A stretch of DNA of 64,000 bases, taken from assembly GCF_004010195.1 (NCBI RefSeq), contig NC_057718.1, positions 40,461,273-40,525,272 of the forward strand, written 5' to 3'. Source of the stretch: Chiloscyllium plagiosum. Its lineage: Eukaryota. The notes below the pieces were generated by a model, which was given only the letters and a program-made list of their open reading frames with translations, was not told the origin of the DNA and ran no database searches. Both the position numbers and the translations under genes were made by a program. Below are positions 12,725 through 24,099 of the stretch, one piece after another (the first letter of the stretch is position 1; each line of letters begins with the position of its first letter).

Positions 12725-14030
12725 ACAGATGCTACAGGAAGGATAAACGGGGAGGCAAGAGAGGAGGGGGAGTGGTGTTTTTGATTGGGGAATACATCAC
12801 AGTAGCACTGAGGGATTGTCCAGTGAAGCGATATGGGCGAAACTGAAAAATAAGAAGGGGATGACCATCTTGATGAGATTGTGCTGTAGGCCCTCCAATA
12901 GTCACCAGGAAATTGAGGAGCAACTATGTAGGAGATTACAGACAGCTGTAAGAATAATGGGGTTGTCATAATTGGAGATTTTAACTTTCCAAACATAGAC
13001 TGGGACTGTCAAAGTGTTAAGGGCTTGCATGAGGAGGAATTTGTAAGTGTTTTTAGGAAAACTTTCTCAATCAATAAGTAGATGGCCCTACTCGAGAAGG
13101 GGCAAAACTCAACCTGCTTTTGGGAAATAATGCAGAGCAAGTGACTGAGGTAATAGTAGGGGAGCACTTTAGGACCAGTGACCGTAATCCTAATAGTTTT
13201 AAAATAGTTAGGGAAAAGGATAGGTCTGTTCCACAAGTTAAAGTTCTAAATTGAGGCAGGGCAACATTGATGGTACTTGACAGGAACTTACAAAAATTGA
13301 TTGAGGGAAGCTATTCGGAGGTAAAGGGAGGTTTGGAAGTGAGGAGGCTTTTAGAACATAGAACAGTGCAACACAGATACAGGCCATTCGGCCCACCATG
13401 TTTGTGCCAACCATGCTGCCATTCTAAACTAATCCCATCTGCTGGCACATTGTCCATATCCCTCTACTCTCTGCCTCTTCATGTGTCTGCCTAAATGCCT
13501 CTTAAACTTCGCTACTATATTTGGTTCGACCACCTCTCCTGGGAAGGCATTCCAGGCACCCATGATCCTCTGTAAAAAGACTTGCCTCGCATATCTCCTT
13601 TACATTTTTCCTCTCTCTCCTTAAACATTTTCCCCCTGTTATTTGACATTTCCACCCTGAGAAATAGACTCTGAATATCCATCCTGTCCATGTCTCTCAT
13701 AATTTTATATACTTCTATCAGGTCACCCCTTGGTCACTAATAAATTAGTGAAAACAATCCAAGTTTGTCTAACCTCTCCTGACAATGAATACACTCCAAT
13801 CTATTTAAAAATGAGATAACATGAGTTCAGGGCCAGCATGTTCCCGTTAGCATGAAGGCAAGGCTGGCAGGAGTAGCGAACACTGGATGACTAGAGATAT
13901 TGTACATACTGGAGGCCTGTGACCAGCAGTGTGCCACAAGGATTGGTGCTGGATCTGTCATTTATGTAAATGGTTTGGTGGGAATATAGGAGGAATGGTC
14001 AGTAAGTTTACAGATGACAACAAAATTTGT
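12725..14030 (+). mobile_element. Fragmented CR1 LINE (APE endonuclease and RT pieces)
   Basis: RGGGVVFLI, VIIGDFNFPNIDW and VSKFTDDNKI; interrupted at 13353-13800. Confidence 0.75.
13353..13800 (-). mobile_element. CR1 LINE 3' end
   Basis: Reversed tail agaacatagaacag...aggccattcggccc; YKIMRDMDRMD segment. Confidence 0.85.
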
Positions 14031-15004
14031 GCATTTCTGCAGTGCATCTTGGAGATAGTGTACTCTGATGTGACTGAGCATTGGTGGTGGGGAGAGTGGA
14101 TACTTGTGGATGTGGTGTCAATTAAGTAGGCTGCTTTGTCCTGGATGCTGTCAAGCTTCTTGATTGTTGTTGGAGCTGCACCCATCCAGACCTGTGAGGG
14201 ATATTCAATCACACTCCTGGCTTTGCCTGGTAAATGGTGGGCAAACTCTGGGGAGTCAGGACGTGAGTTATCTGCTGCAAGACTCCGAGCCGCTGACCTG
14301 CTAATCAAACCTCTGTGTTTATGTAGCAAGTTTAGTTGAGTTTCTAGTCAATGGTAACTCCCAGGATGTTGATAATGGAGGAATTTGTGGATGGTAAAGC
14401 AATTGAATGTCAAGGAGTGCTAGTTGGATTGTCTCTTATTGGAGATAGTCATTGCTTGGGGCTTGTATGGCATGAATGTTGCCTGTCACTCGTCAGCCCA
14501 AGCCTGGAGTTACAAATGGTGCAGAACACTGTGCAGTCATTAGTGAACATCTCCACTTCTGACCTTATCATTGATGAAGCAGCTGGAGATGGTTGAGCCT
14601 AGGACACTAACCTGAGGAATTCCTGCAGAAATGTTTTGGAACTGAGATGACTAACCTCCAACAACCACAATCATCTTCCTTTGTGCCAGGTATGACTCCA
14701 ACCAGCAGAGACAGTGCCCCCGATATCCATTGATTCCAGTTTTACTGGAACTCCTTGATGCCACACTTGGTCAAGGGCTATCACTGTCACCTCACCACTG
14801 GAATTCAGCTCTTTTGTCCATGTTTGAACCATGGCTGTAAAGAGGTCAGGAGCTGAGTGGTCTTAGTGAAACCCAAACTGGACATCACTGAGCAGGTTAT
14901 TGCTGAGCAGGTGCTGCTTAATAGAACTGTGGATGACACCTTCCATCACTTTACTGATGATCAATAGAAGACTGATGGAGTGGTAATTGACTGGATTGGA
15001 TTTG
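14030..15004 (-). mobile_element. CR1/L2-group LINE of a second family, degraded RT
   Basis: RSVIEYPSQVWMGAAPTTIKKLDSIQDKAAYLI; homologous to 30035-30635. Confidence 0.7.
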
Positions 15005-15192
15005 TTCTGCTTTTTGTGATCAATGAGGAAGATGTTAAAGGGTCAATTGTTTGAGATTGCCTTGGTAATCTTTAGCTGAAAATGTGTTGCTGGAAAAGCG
15101 CAGCAGGTCAGGCAGCATCCACTTCTGCTTTTTGTGATCAATGAGGAAGATGTTAAAGGGTCAATTGTTTGAGATTGCCTTGGTAATCTTTA
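15005..15192. repeat. Perfect 70-bp direct duplication enclosing a 48-nt PLE terminal-repeat fragment
   Basis: 15005-15074 is identical to 15123-15192; reverse complement of 15075-15122 matches ~786-832. Confidence 0.9.
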
Positions 15193-17067
15193 TCCTGGAA
15201 TGATATCTGGATAGTAGCTGATGTTACTATTGCCCCTTTCCATAAAGAACACAGTGCTCCGCATTCTCAGTCCCTTTGTAATAACAATTGCTGTTGTGCT
15301 CACTATACTGAACGATGTTAGAGGCAGGCATTGGAAATCTTCCCAATTTAGAGCTTCAGTGACAGCAGTAAGCTCTCCCAGATCAGATATAATACAGCCT
15401 GATGCAGAATAAAGCTTTCCTTACTTTGTCCAGCAACATGTTTCTACAAGCTTAGTATCTTTTTTTCAGTATTCTCTTGGGTACAATGTTGATTGTCAAT
15501 TCCATAACAATTTCTGCATCTTATATTTCAGGGTGTGCTTATGTAGTCTAATATCCAACTATAAAAATAGTGTAACCTAGTGCTGTAACAATAGTATCCC
15601 TCTGTGATCTAAACTGGAAATGTATGCCTTTTGCATGTGTACTTTCTCAATCTCTTTCAAGGCAGATCAAGGAAACACTGAATAGGATATGATGTGATAT
15701 AAGTCATTAAGTTGCTTTATTTTTCTGCATGTGAACACATGTATTAAATTCACTTATTTTATTCAGACCAACTTAGTCTTTCTGTAATAATGCAAAATAT
15801 TTCCCAAATCAATGGCTCTTAGTTAGCTTTCAATATAATTACCTTACTGACAACTTCCACTTTCTACTCTTATAACCTTTTTTGAGTTTGAAAGCCTGTG
15901 CAATTTTGTTTTATTTTTGCAGATATCATGCAACATGTGGATCAACATCCTATTATTTCCTATTTTACAAGCAGTTGAAGATTGATTTCTGACCAGTCTT
16001 CCTCATTGGATAACAGCTTGAAGAGCTGTTAATCGATCCTGCGACTGTTACCAATAGTCTGAAACTGCCTTCCCGCAAAACTCTAAGGATGGGCCATTCT
16101 ATAAACTTGAGGTGTCAGCATGCATGAGGAGTACATGAGTAAGGTAGTGGAACTTCCTCTTGCTGAGCCCACATGGGAGGAACTCAGCGGAATTATGGGA
16201 ACTTTATCCTGTGGAGTTTATTGAGGGTAATCGAAGAGAGGTGGCGTGTGTGATGGATTTGGATCCACTGCCTCAGCAACAGATTGGGGTCTGTCAAAAG
16301 GGCTGCTGAGTGCCAGGATGTGTTGTTAAAAGACTCATCTTGGTTCGTTGCTACTTTGGCTCCTTGTTAGGGATTAGGTCATCTCACACTTCTCCATCCC
16401 TCCTGCCCAAGCCCCTTCCCTGACATGCAAGGCCCAGGCTCTCCTATCCAACCTACAGTCCCTTAGAGGCCCATGTATCCCATGCTCTGCCCACACCCAC
16501 AGCCTCTTGTAGACCTCATGTCAACACTTGTCAGTCAATGCATGCCAAACCATCCACACCACCTTCTTCTTAGATCTTACATGTCAACTCACCCAGTACC
16601 TATTGTGCTCATTCCCTTTCCAATCTCCTTCTTGTTCCTAGCTTTCTTGCAGCTGCTGCCTCCCACTGTAAAAGTAGGGGGAAGCTTCCTTCTACCCCTC
16701 AGCCTGCTAACAGCTACCTCCTGTCACCGCCCTACGCTTGCAGCCTTCTACTCCCGCCCCCTCCCCCAACCTTTTCAGCTTGTGGAACTAGCAATAACAA
16801 GCATGGGAGAGGAATAGCCCATGAGTGGAGGAGTAGCTGCTCACTGAGTTTGTAATCGCTACTTATGGATTCTACCACAGGGATGACATTTTTTAAACTT
16901 GCCCAGATATTTTGTGGACTTTTCCGGGAGAATTTGCCCATAGCTCGACTGCAGCCAGTTTTAAGAAAAGAAAAGGCTGGCCATATAAGTGACGTACTGT
17001 CAGTTCCCTTTGACAGATCTGTTAGATAGCTCCCTTTGAGAGTTCCAATGAGCTTGACAAATCCAAA

Positions 17068-17765
17068 GAGTCTCAGCAACAAACCTACACAAGCAGACAA
17101 GACGCATCCAGAAACCCTAGCCACTCTCCCCTACATCAAAGACATTTCGGAAATGACTGCCAGACTACTCAGACCCCTTGGCATCATGGTAGCCCAAAAT
17201 CCCACCAATACACTAAAACAGTAGTTAATGAACTTGAAAGACCCTATACAGACAACAAGCAAAACTAATGTCATCTACAAAATACCTTGCAAGAACTGTA
17301 ACAAACACTACATTGGACAAACAGGCAGAAAACTAGCCACCAAGATACATGAATATCAACTAGCCATAAAACGACATGACCCTCTGTCACTAGTATCCTT
17401 ACATACAGGTAAGGAAGGACACCACTTCAACTGGGACAACACATCCATTCTAGGACAAGCCAAACAGAGACATGCACGAGAATTCCTAGAAGCATGGCAT
17501 TTCAACTGGAACTCTATTAACAAACACATTGACTTGGACCCCATTTACCACCCCCTGAGAAAAAGAACTGGAAATGACATCACCATAGGAAATGATGTCA
17601 CCACAGGAAATGACACCACCAACCCAAGGAAATGCAAACATATAAATAGAAAGCAGGAAACACCAGCAGTGCTTTGTCTGGAGGCCGACTCAAGATGTTA
17701 CCTCGTATGGTGACGAAATGTTTGAAAAATGAACCTTCCAGCTAAGTGAGCATACCTACATCCAG
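17068..17765 (+). mobile_element. PLE of a second clade (Poseidon-type), 3' part with GIY-YIG endonuclease
   Basis: LPYIKDISEMTARLL and NVIYKIPCKNCNKHYIGQTGRKL...REFLEAW; no Cys-rich linker; degenerate hammerhead at 17689-17722. Confidence 0.9.
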
Positions 17766-17919
17766 TTTATGAACATTTACAAACATTCATGTCTACTTTT
17801 AACAATGCCAAAGATCTCTTCCCAAAGGTCCCTGGACCATATACAAAAGAGTATCTTGTTTCTCCAAAAGGACAGTCTGCCTCTTTAAATAACTCTGGTA
17901 AGTTTAGATATTCTCTTAC

Positions 17920-18112
17920 CAGGTTTTATAGGATGTGACTCTTGTTTTGAACATACCACAAGGAGAAATCACATCCAACTGAAGGAAGCTGTTGTGCAAA
18001 CTGCAACCTGCTCTTGCTGCCTCATTGCCAAAAATGGCAGGACAAGGTGTGGGGTGGACTTTGAGATTTAGATATCTGGCATTATTTTCACGACGATAGA
18101 GAAGGTCTCCAT
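17920..18112 (-). CDS. Candidate internal coding exon (193 nt, phase 1 to 2) of an unidentified gene
   Basis: Acceptor gattgttttatgcAG, donor CTG|GTAAGA, one open frame GDLLYRRENNARYLNLKVHPTPCPAIFGNEAARAGCSLHNSFLQLDVISPCGMFKTRVTSYKT; not repeat-like. Confidence 0.45.
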
Positions 18113-19769
18113 CTGCATAAAACAATCAAGCCTTTTTGTCTGTAACTTCCAGCCTTTGGGTCTAGGTCCTTGCTACAGTGTTAAACCCACAACATTGACT
18201 TTTGCAATTCCTGAGGCTGCCTTGCTCGCTGTGTTTTTTCAGCTTCCTGCTTGTCTACCTTGGATTCGAACATTTGCAGTTTTTTTGTCCCTAACTGTGA
18301 AAATTATGCCATTATGACCTCAGAATGGAATTTGAATGACCCAGCTTGGGTAAACCATTCACCTCATCCCCTCCCGATGAAAACTGGATCAGTGGAAATG
18401 GAAGGTGAGATGTCTGAATCTGGGTACTACCTGCCTGTTTAGAATTTCCATAGACTCCCTGTGAATGAGCAGAAACCCAAGCTTTAGTAAACCACAGTTA
18501 GCATTACCAGAGCCTTCAAGCAAGATGAGGCCCTTAACAGAAACTAGGCCCATTTCACCAAAGAGAACAAAAATCAGGTGCATAAGCAATACTAGTGATG
18601 AAACATACATACTTGCATTTCCAGATAGGTACAGCTATATTCTACCAAAGCCAGCAATTTAAAAAAAAGAAAGTAAATCGAACTACCGTGACAGATGAGG
18701 AAGAAAAAAAGCAGCTGTTTTATTGAAGAAAAAACACCCAGATCCACTTTGCCACACCACCCAATCCCACAGGTTACAGTAGAGGCGTGAAATCCAGTCA
18801 CTCCCTGATTGAAAAGAAAAGTCAAGGTCAGAGAGGGAAACGTAAGAGAAGAACAGCTGCTGTTAGTGTCCCAGTGGGACTGGAGAGATGCCAAAAAGTT
18901 TTAACCACATGATGTAACAATAACTTGTTCAGCTGAACATCATTTGTTGTGACACACCCAGGCAAACTGAAATGACAGAAAGTGAACTGTGTCTTTTGCC
19001 TGATGTGCTTGCCAGACTAAATTAAAACTGAACTAGGTAACACAGCTGCCTGGGAAATTGTTCCCTTCTGCCGTGTTCCACCTCTGGGTATACATGTTTC
19101 GACCCAGCCAAGGAAATTAAAATGGAGGCCTACTTTTCCTGATGACAGTTAAAGGGACTGTTTTATTTAACATTTCTGGTTTGCGAGCAGCCTTCATAAT
19201 GCAAAAGAAAAGTCTGCCCTGTTTCTTTCCTAGACTGCTTTTAAAGCATTCCAACTGAAAATTTCATCAAGCTTCTCTATAAGTATTGTATTGCGTAAAG
19301 TATTGAAAAGTAGTATAAATTCATTGAAAAGATGGAAGCAGACTCTTAGTCTCCTATCTCCTTCTGTGCTGCCAAGAAATTGTTATGATGCCAAACCCAG
19401 AGTCAAAACCCAAATGATGCCAAAACATAAACACTCCCAAGAAACTGAAATTTGGCCCAATTCATAGTGTTTTGTGTTTTGATGTGGCTAATCTTTTAAA
19501 AATAATAAAACCACTCCTATTTCATGTTTTTGCCTATGGCTTCTTTAAATTATTTATTGGAGCTATTACCATAAAAATAGATTCCCCAACATTTTTTACT
19601 GTTCTTTACTTGATCCTTTCTTTCCCTTTCTTTTCTGAAAATGCTGATTCATGCTGGGGTGTAGCCCCATGAACCCTAATGATGACACTGATTCATTTTT
19701 CATCTTGGGGACCGAATGGGTAGGAATGAAATCTAGAATATGAGGTTCATAGCTGAGACTGATTTTGCT

Positions 19770-20366
19770 AACCAGAGTTGTAATGAGTTGTTGCAGTTAT
19801 GCAGGACCTTGGTGAGGCCTTACCTAGAATAATGTGTGCAGTTTTGGCCTCATTTTCTAAGGAAGGATGCTTTTGCTCTCGAGGGAGTACAGCAAAGGTT
19901 TAGCAGGCTGATTCCAGGGATAATGGGACTGACATATGAGGAGAGATTGACTAGGTCAGGATCGTTTTCACTGGAGCTCAGACGAATGAGTGGAGATCTC
20001 ACAGATTTATAAAATTCTAACAGGACTAGACAGGATAGGTGCAGGAAGGATGTTTCCGATGGTGAGTGTGTCCATGACCAGGGGTCTCAGTCTGAGGATT
20101 CTGGGAAAACCATTTACGATGGAGATGAGGCGACATTTCTTCACCCAAAGCGTGGTGAGCCTGTGGAAGTACTTGATGCTCAAACATTGAATGTATTCAG
20201 AGGTGGCTAGATATAGCACTTGGGGTGAATGGAATCAAAGGTTATGGGGAGAAAGCAGGATAAGGCTATTGAGATGGGCGATCAACCATGATCACGATGA
20301 ATAGCTGAGCTGGCTTGGAGGCCTGAATGACCTCCTCCTACTCCTTTCTTCTTTGGTTCTATGTTT
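19770..20366 (+). mobile_element. CR1 LINE 3' end
   Basis: YKILTGLDR...EMRRHFFTQSVVSLW; tail ttctatgttt. Confidence 0.85.
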
Positions 20367-20489
20367 TTCTGTCATGTTTAACATTCTCCTTTCAGTACTC
20401 TTCACGGTAAGCACACAGAAGGTCAGCTTTTTATTTTCTTCCATAGTATAGGAGATTGAAAACATTTACATCTAGTACTTAGCAACTTG

Positions 20490-21208
20490 GTAAATAGAAA
20501 CAGGAATAGACCATTTGGCCCATGAACCTGTTCTGTCATGCAATATGATCATGGTCGATCATCCAACTGAATAGCCTGTTTCTTCCCATACCGTTTGATC
20601 CTTTTAAGCCCTAAGAACGATAATTACCTCCTTCCTGAAAACCTTCAATGTTTTGGGCTCAATTGCTTTTTGTGGCAGAAAATTCCACAGGCTTACCACT
20701 CTCTGGGTGAAGAAATTTCTCCTTGTCTCAATCCTAAATGGCCTACCCCAATCCTTAGTCCCCTCCAGACCTCTGCTAATTGGAAAGATAATTTCTGCAT
20801 TTACCCTGTCACGCCCAGTTAGACATTTACAGATTTCAATGAGATTCCCCTCCAAGCCCTCCTTCGAAACTCGAGTGAATATAATTCTGACTGAACCAAT
20901 GTCTCTTCATATATCAATCCTGCACTCCAGGAACCAGTCTGGCAATCTTTCATTGTACTCATTCCATTGTCAGAGCAACCTTTCTTAGACAAGGAGACCA
21001 AAACTGTATGCAATTCTCCAAGTGTGGTCTCACAAAGGCCCTGTATAATTGCTATGAAGGCCAACATACCATTTGCCTTCTTCACCATCTGTTGCATTAC
21101 TTACTTACAGCAACTGGTGTACAAAGTCACCCAGGTCTTGTTGCATCTCCCTGTTTCGCAGTTTATTGTCATTCTGATAATAATCTGCCTTCCTGTTTTT
21201 GTTTTGGT
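20490..21208 (-). mobile_element. CR1 LINE 3' end
   Basis: QQMVKKANGMLAFI; ETRRNFFTQRVVSLWN. Confidence 0.85.
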
Positions 21209-21566
21209 CAGGCGTTTCCTTGTAGCTCCCATCAAATTTTGAATGATATTACAGTGAATAAATAGGCACAACTCTGAGGAAAGTGTTTTGAACAGTTGGT
21301 AACCTGTTGGGTAAATGCTGACACAAGATGAATTCTTCCTTTTTGGTGGTTGATCAAATGTTCAAGTTGTAAACTTTGAATATTATTCATTTACAGAGTC
21401 CCATTTCAGCCACAAAGTTTCTTAAAGTCTCAATAACAACAGCCATGTGTGGAAAGCCTTGTTCTACAGTAGCAAAACATAGGGAAGTGCCACTATTGGA
21501 AAATAAAATATCTTTAAAAGCAGATTAAATACCTAATTATATTAACAAGTTATGAAATTAGAAACA

Positions 21567-21773
21567 AAAACAAGAATTGCTGGAAAAGCTCAGCAGGTCT
21601 GGCAGCATCTGTGGAGAGAAATCAGAGTTAATATTCCAGGTCTGGTGACCCTTCCTCAGAACTGGACCCAAAACGTTAAATCTGATTTCTTGTCACGAAT
21701 GCTGCCAGACCTACTGAGTTTAGCAACTCTGTTTTTATGTCTGATCTACAGCATCCGAAATTCCTCTGGTTTG
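21567..21773. mobile_element. Inverted (head-to-head) PLE terminal-repeat insertion, third subfamily
   Basis: Minus arm with CTGAGGA-aGGGTC-acca-GACCT, plus arm with tail; TSD tatgaaat(t/c)agaaaca at 21551-21566 and 21774-21789. Confidence 0.8.
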
Positions 21774-21989
21774 TATGAAATCAGAAACAGTATTTCTAAG
21801 AAGATTTGGTATTAGAAAGGGGTCACAAGAGATAGAACACAAATTGGACATCCTGGAGAAAAGAATTCTTGGGGAATTCCATTGCTTCCCACTGACATTA
21901 AGACACAAGCTGAACAAGTAACTATACTCCTGTACATAATTGTGAGTACAATATATTATGTCATTGTTTGTTAAGGGGTAAATAAAACA

Positions 21990-22340
21990 TCAGACAAATT
22001 TGAAGTATTGAAAGTCTTTGACAGTTATTATGACCCCAGAACTAACAAAATTCTTGAAAGTCCAATTCTCAATGAAAGGGTCAAACATCCAGGTGAATCC
22101 ATAAATGATTTCATGAATGATTGCATCAAACTAGTAGGAAGATGCAATTGTTGAGATGTAAAGTCAGAATTCAATGAGATTTGATTGTTGTAGGCATGAT
22201 TATTGAGACTTGTCACATTTATTTCACTTCAGAGAAGAATGACATTTAGAGAAAGCTAATCAAATGGTGAGTCAAGCAAAAGTCAGGAAACAAAACAAAG
22301 CAATTTTAAAAGGAAAAGCTAAAACTGGGCACAGGAGATC
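21990..22340 (+). mobile_element. Gypsy gag remnant
   Basis: VLKVFDSYYDPRTNKILES...RVKHPGESINDFMND...LIVVG resembles Ty3/Gypsy capsid. Confidence 0.65.
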
Positions 22341-22867
22341 AACAGAATCTATGTATTATTGGGGAATAAGTATATTCCAAATCCAAACCAGTTTATGTGA
22401 AAGATTTCCCTCATGCTTTCTCTGGTACTTTAGATAAATTAAGTTTAATCTAGGTCAGCTAGTTATTGATCCTTTAGCCTTTAGAAACAGTTTCCATTTT
22501 TTCCATCTAAACACTTCATAATTTTACATCTCTCATGCCCTTAGACTTCTTGACTCTCATGTGACCAACTTTAGCTTTTCTGTAGTCCCTTATCCCAAGA
22601 CCCATTTTAGGAAATCGCTTATGAAATTTTGACTAAACCTTCACATCATTCTAGATTGGAAAATCTTAGTCGACTGATTTATGTAGGTTCAGTTAAACCT
22701 CTTTGCTTTTGTACTCCTATGCCATCAGATATAAAGCCCATCAAACATTCAGCTTAGCATTCTACTTTAGAACCACAATTTGGTCAGATCATTGCATACA
22801 ACTTGATCATTCACATTATACAAACAGCTCTGTTTCTCTGAATGTGGCCATATGTCAAAATAATTTT

Positions 22868-23140
22868 CATAGGATCCCTACAGTATGGAAGCAGGCCATT
22901 AGATTAATACTGACCCTCCAAGAAGTGCCCTATCCAGACCCACTCCTCTATGCTGTCCCTGCATATTCCCATCGCTAGTCCACTTAGCCTGCACATCTGT
23001 GGAGGAAACCAGAGATCCCCCACGAAAACATGGAGAGAACATACAAACACCATGCAGCCAGTCACCCAAAGCTGGGACCAAACTGGTGTCCGTGGCATTG
23101 TGAGGCAGCAGTGCTAACCACTGAGCCACCATGCTGCCTA
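22868..23140 (-). mobile_element. HE1-like V-SINE
   Basis: tRNA-like head ggtggctcagtggttagcactgctgcc, V-domain and HER1-type tail. Confidence 0.85.
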
Positions 23141-23152
23141 TAAGGTGCACCA

Positions 23153-23220
23153 TGCATTGGCTGGGAATTGAACCCAGCTCTCCCTTGTGGCAGGCAAGAA
23201 TTCTACCACTGAACCAATGC
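23153..23220 (-). pseudogene. tRNA-Gly(GCC)-derived copy
   Basis: gcattgg-ttcagtggtagaattcttgcctGCCacaagggagagctgggttcaattcccagccaatgca; 3-nt deletion after the acceptor stem; no T-run terminator. Confidence 0.85.
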
Positions 23221-23344
23221 AAGCACCGCATCTTGTCCAAGAGCAGTTCTTGAGATTTTCTTGCTGGTTATCTTATAATATTATAATTTTTGGCTTTCAG
23301 GGATTACTTTTACATTCTCAGTAATTCATTTGTTAGGTGATGCA

Positions 23345-23439
23345 GTGATGAAGCGCTCTTGCCTGAAACGTCGATTTTCTTGCTCCTCGGATGCTGCCTG
23401 ACCTGCTGTGCTTTTCTAGCACCACTCTAATCTTGACTA
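23345..23439 (+). mobile_element. Ribozyme-only PLE mini-insertion, tail-less, degenerate
   Basis: gTGATGA-agcgc-tctt-gcct-GAAACGTC; degenerate flanking repeat tgcagtgatga / tacagtaataa. Confidence 0.75.
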
Positions 23440-23683
23440 CAGTAATAACACCTTCAGTATTTGAGTTAACACATGGTGAATTTAAACTGACACATAAGCA
23501 GAGTTAGAAGAACTTATCAATATCCTCACTTATTATCTCTTTGCTCAATTAAAAATACATTTATTGTTGCATTCCTTTCCCAGATACTACAGTATTTAAA
23601 TTGACACAAGACAACAGATATAAGCTAGCAAAAAAGGTTTTTTTTCAAAATATCTGACAGACATTTCTACAGAAATAATCACC

Positions 23684-23771
23684 TGAAGAAGGGCATGTGC
23701 CCGAAATGTCGAATCTTCTGTTCCCTAGATGCTGCCTGACCTGCTGTGCTGTTCCAGCAATAAAGTTTCAG
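23684..23771 (+). mobile_element. Ribozyme-only PLE mini-insertion, tail-less
   Basis: CTGAAGA-aGGGC-atgt-GCCC-GAAAtGTC; TSD ctacagaaa(t/c)aatcacc at 23667-23683 and 23772-23788. Confidence 0.85.
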
Positions 23772-24099
23772 CTACAGAAACAATCACCCTAAACACATAT
23801 TCCACGGACTGGCATGGTCACAGCTACTGCATGCTTATTGCCCAGCCGCAAAGTTGGAACATTTTAACCAGGCAGGCACTACCTGACTTACTGCATCTCA
23901 AATTTCAATCACAGTTTTAAATTTAAAATTGACAATGTTGATTTAAAAAGCATCCATTTCATTAGTCCTAAAGTAGTAGCTGCTGATCTAATGCAGCCTC
24001 AAGCCAGAGATTCCACATTCATTTGCTAGGAATTCATTAACCAGTGATATCAAGTTTTTCTGGTGAATAAGCAGTTGAGGACTCCATTGTTGATAGGTT

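Noticed and set aside
15923..18900. Plus-strand processed pseudogene
   Set aside because: Short coding-like runs are broken by stops and match no protein I recognise; the 130-aa minus ORF 16732-17124 is chimeric with the PLE.
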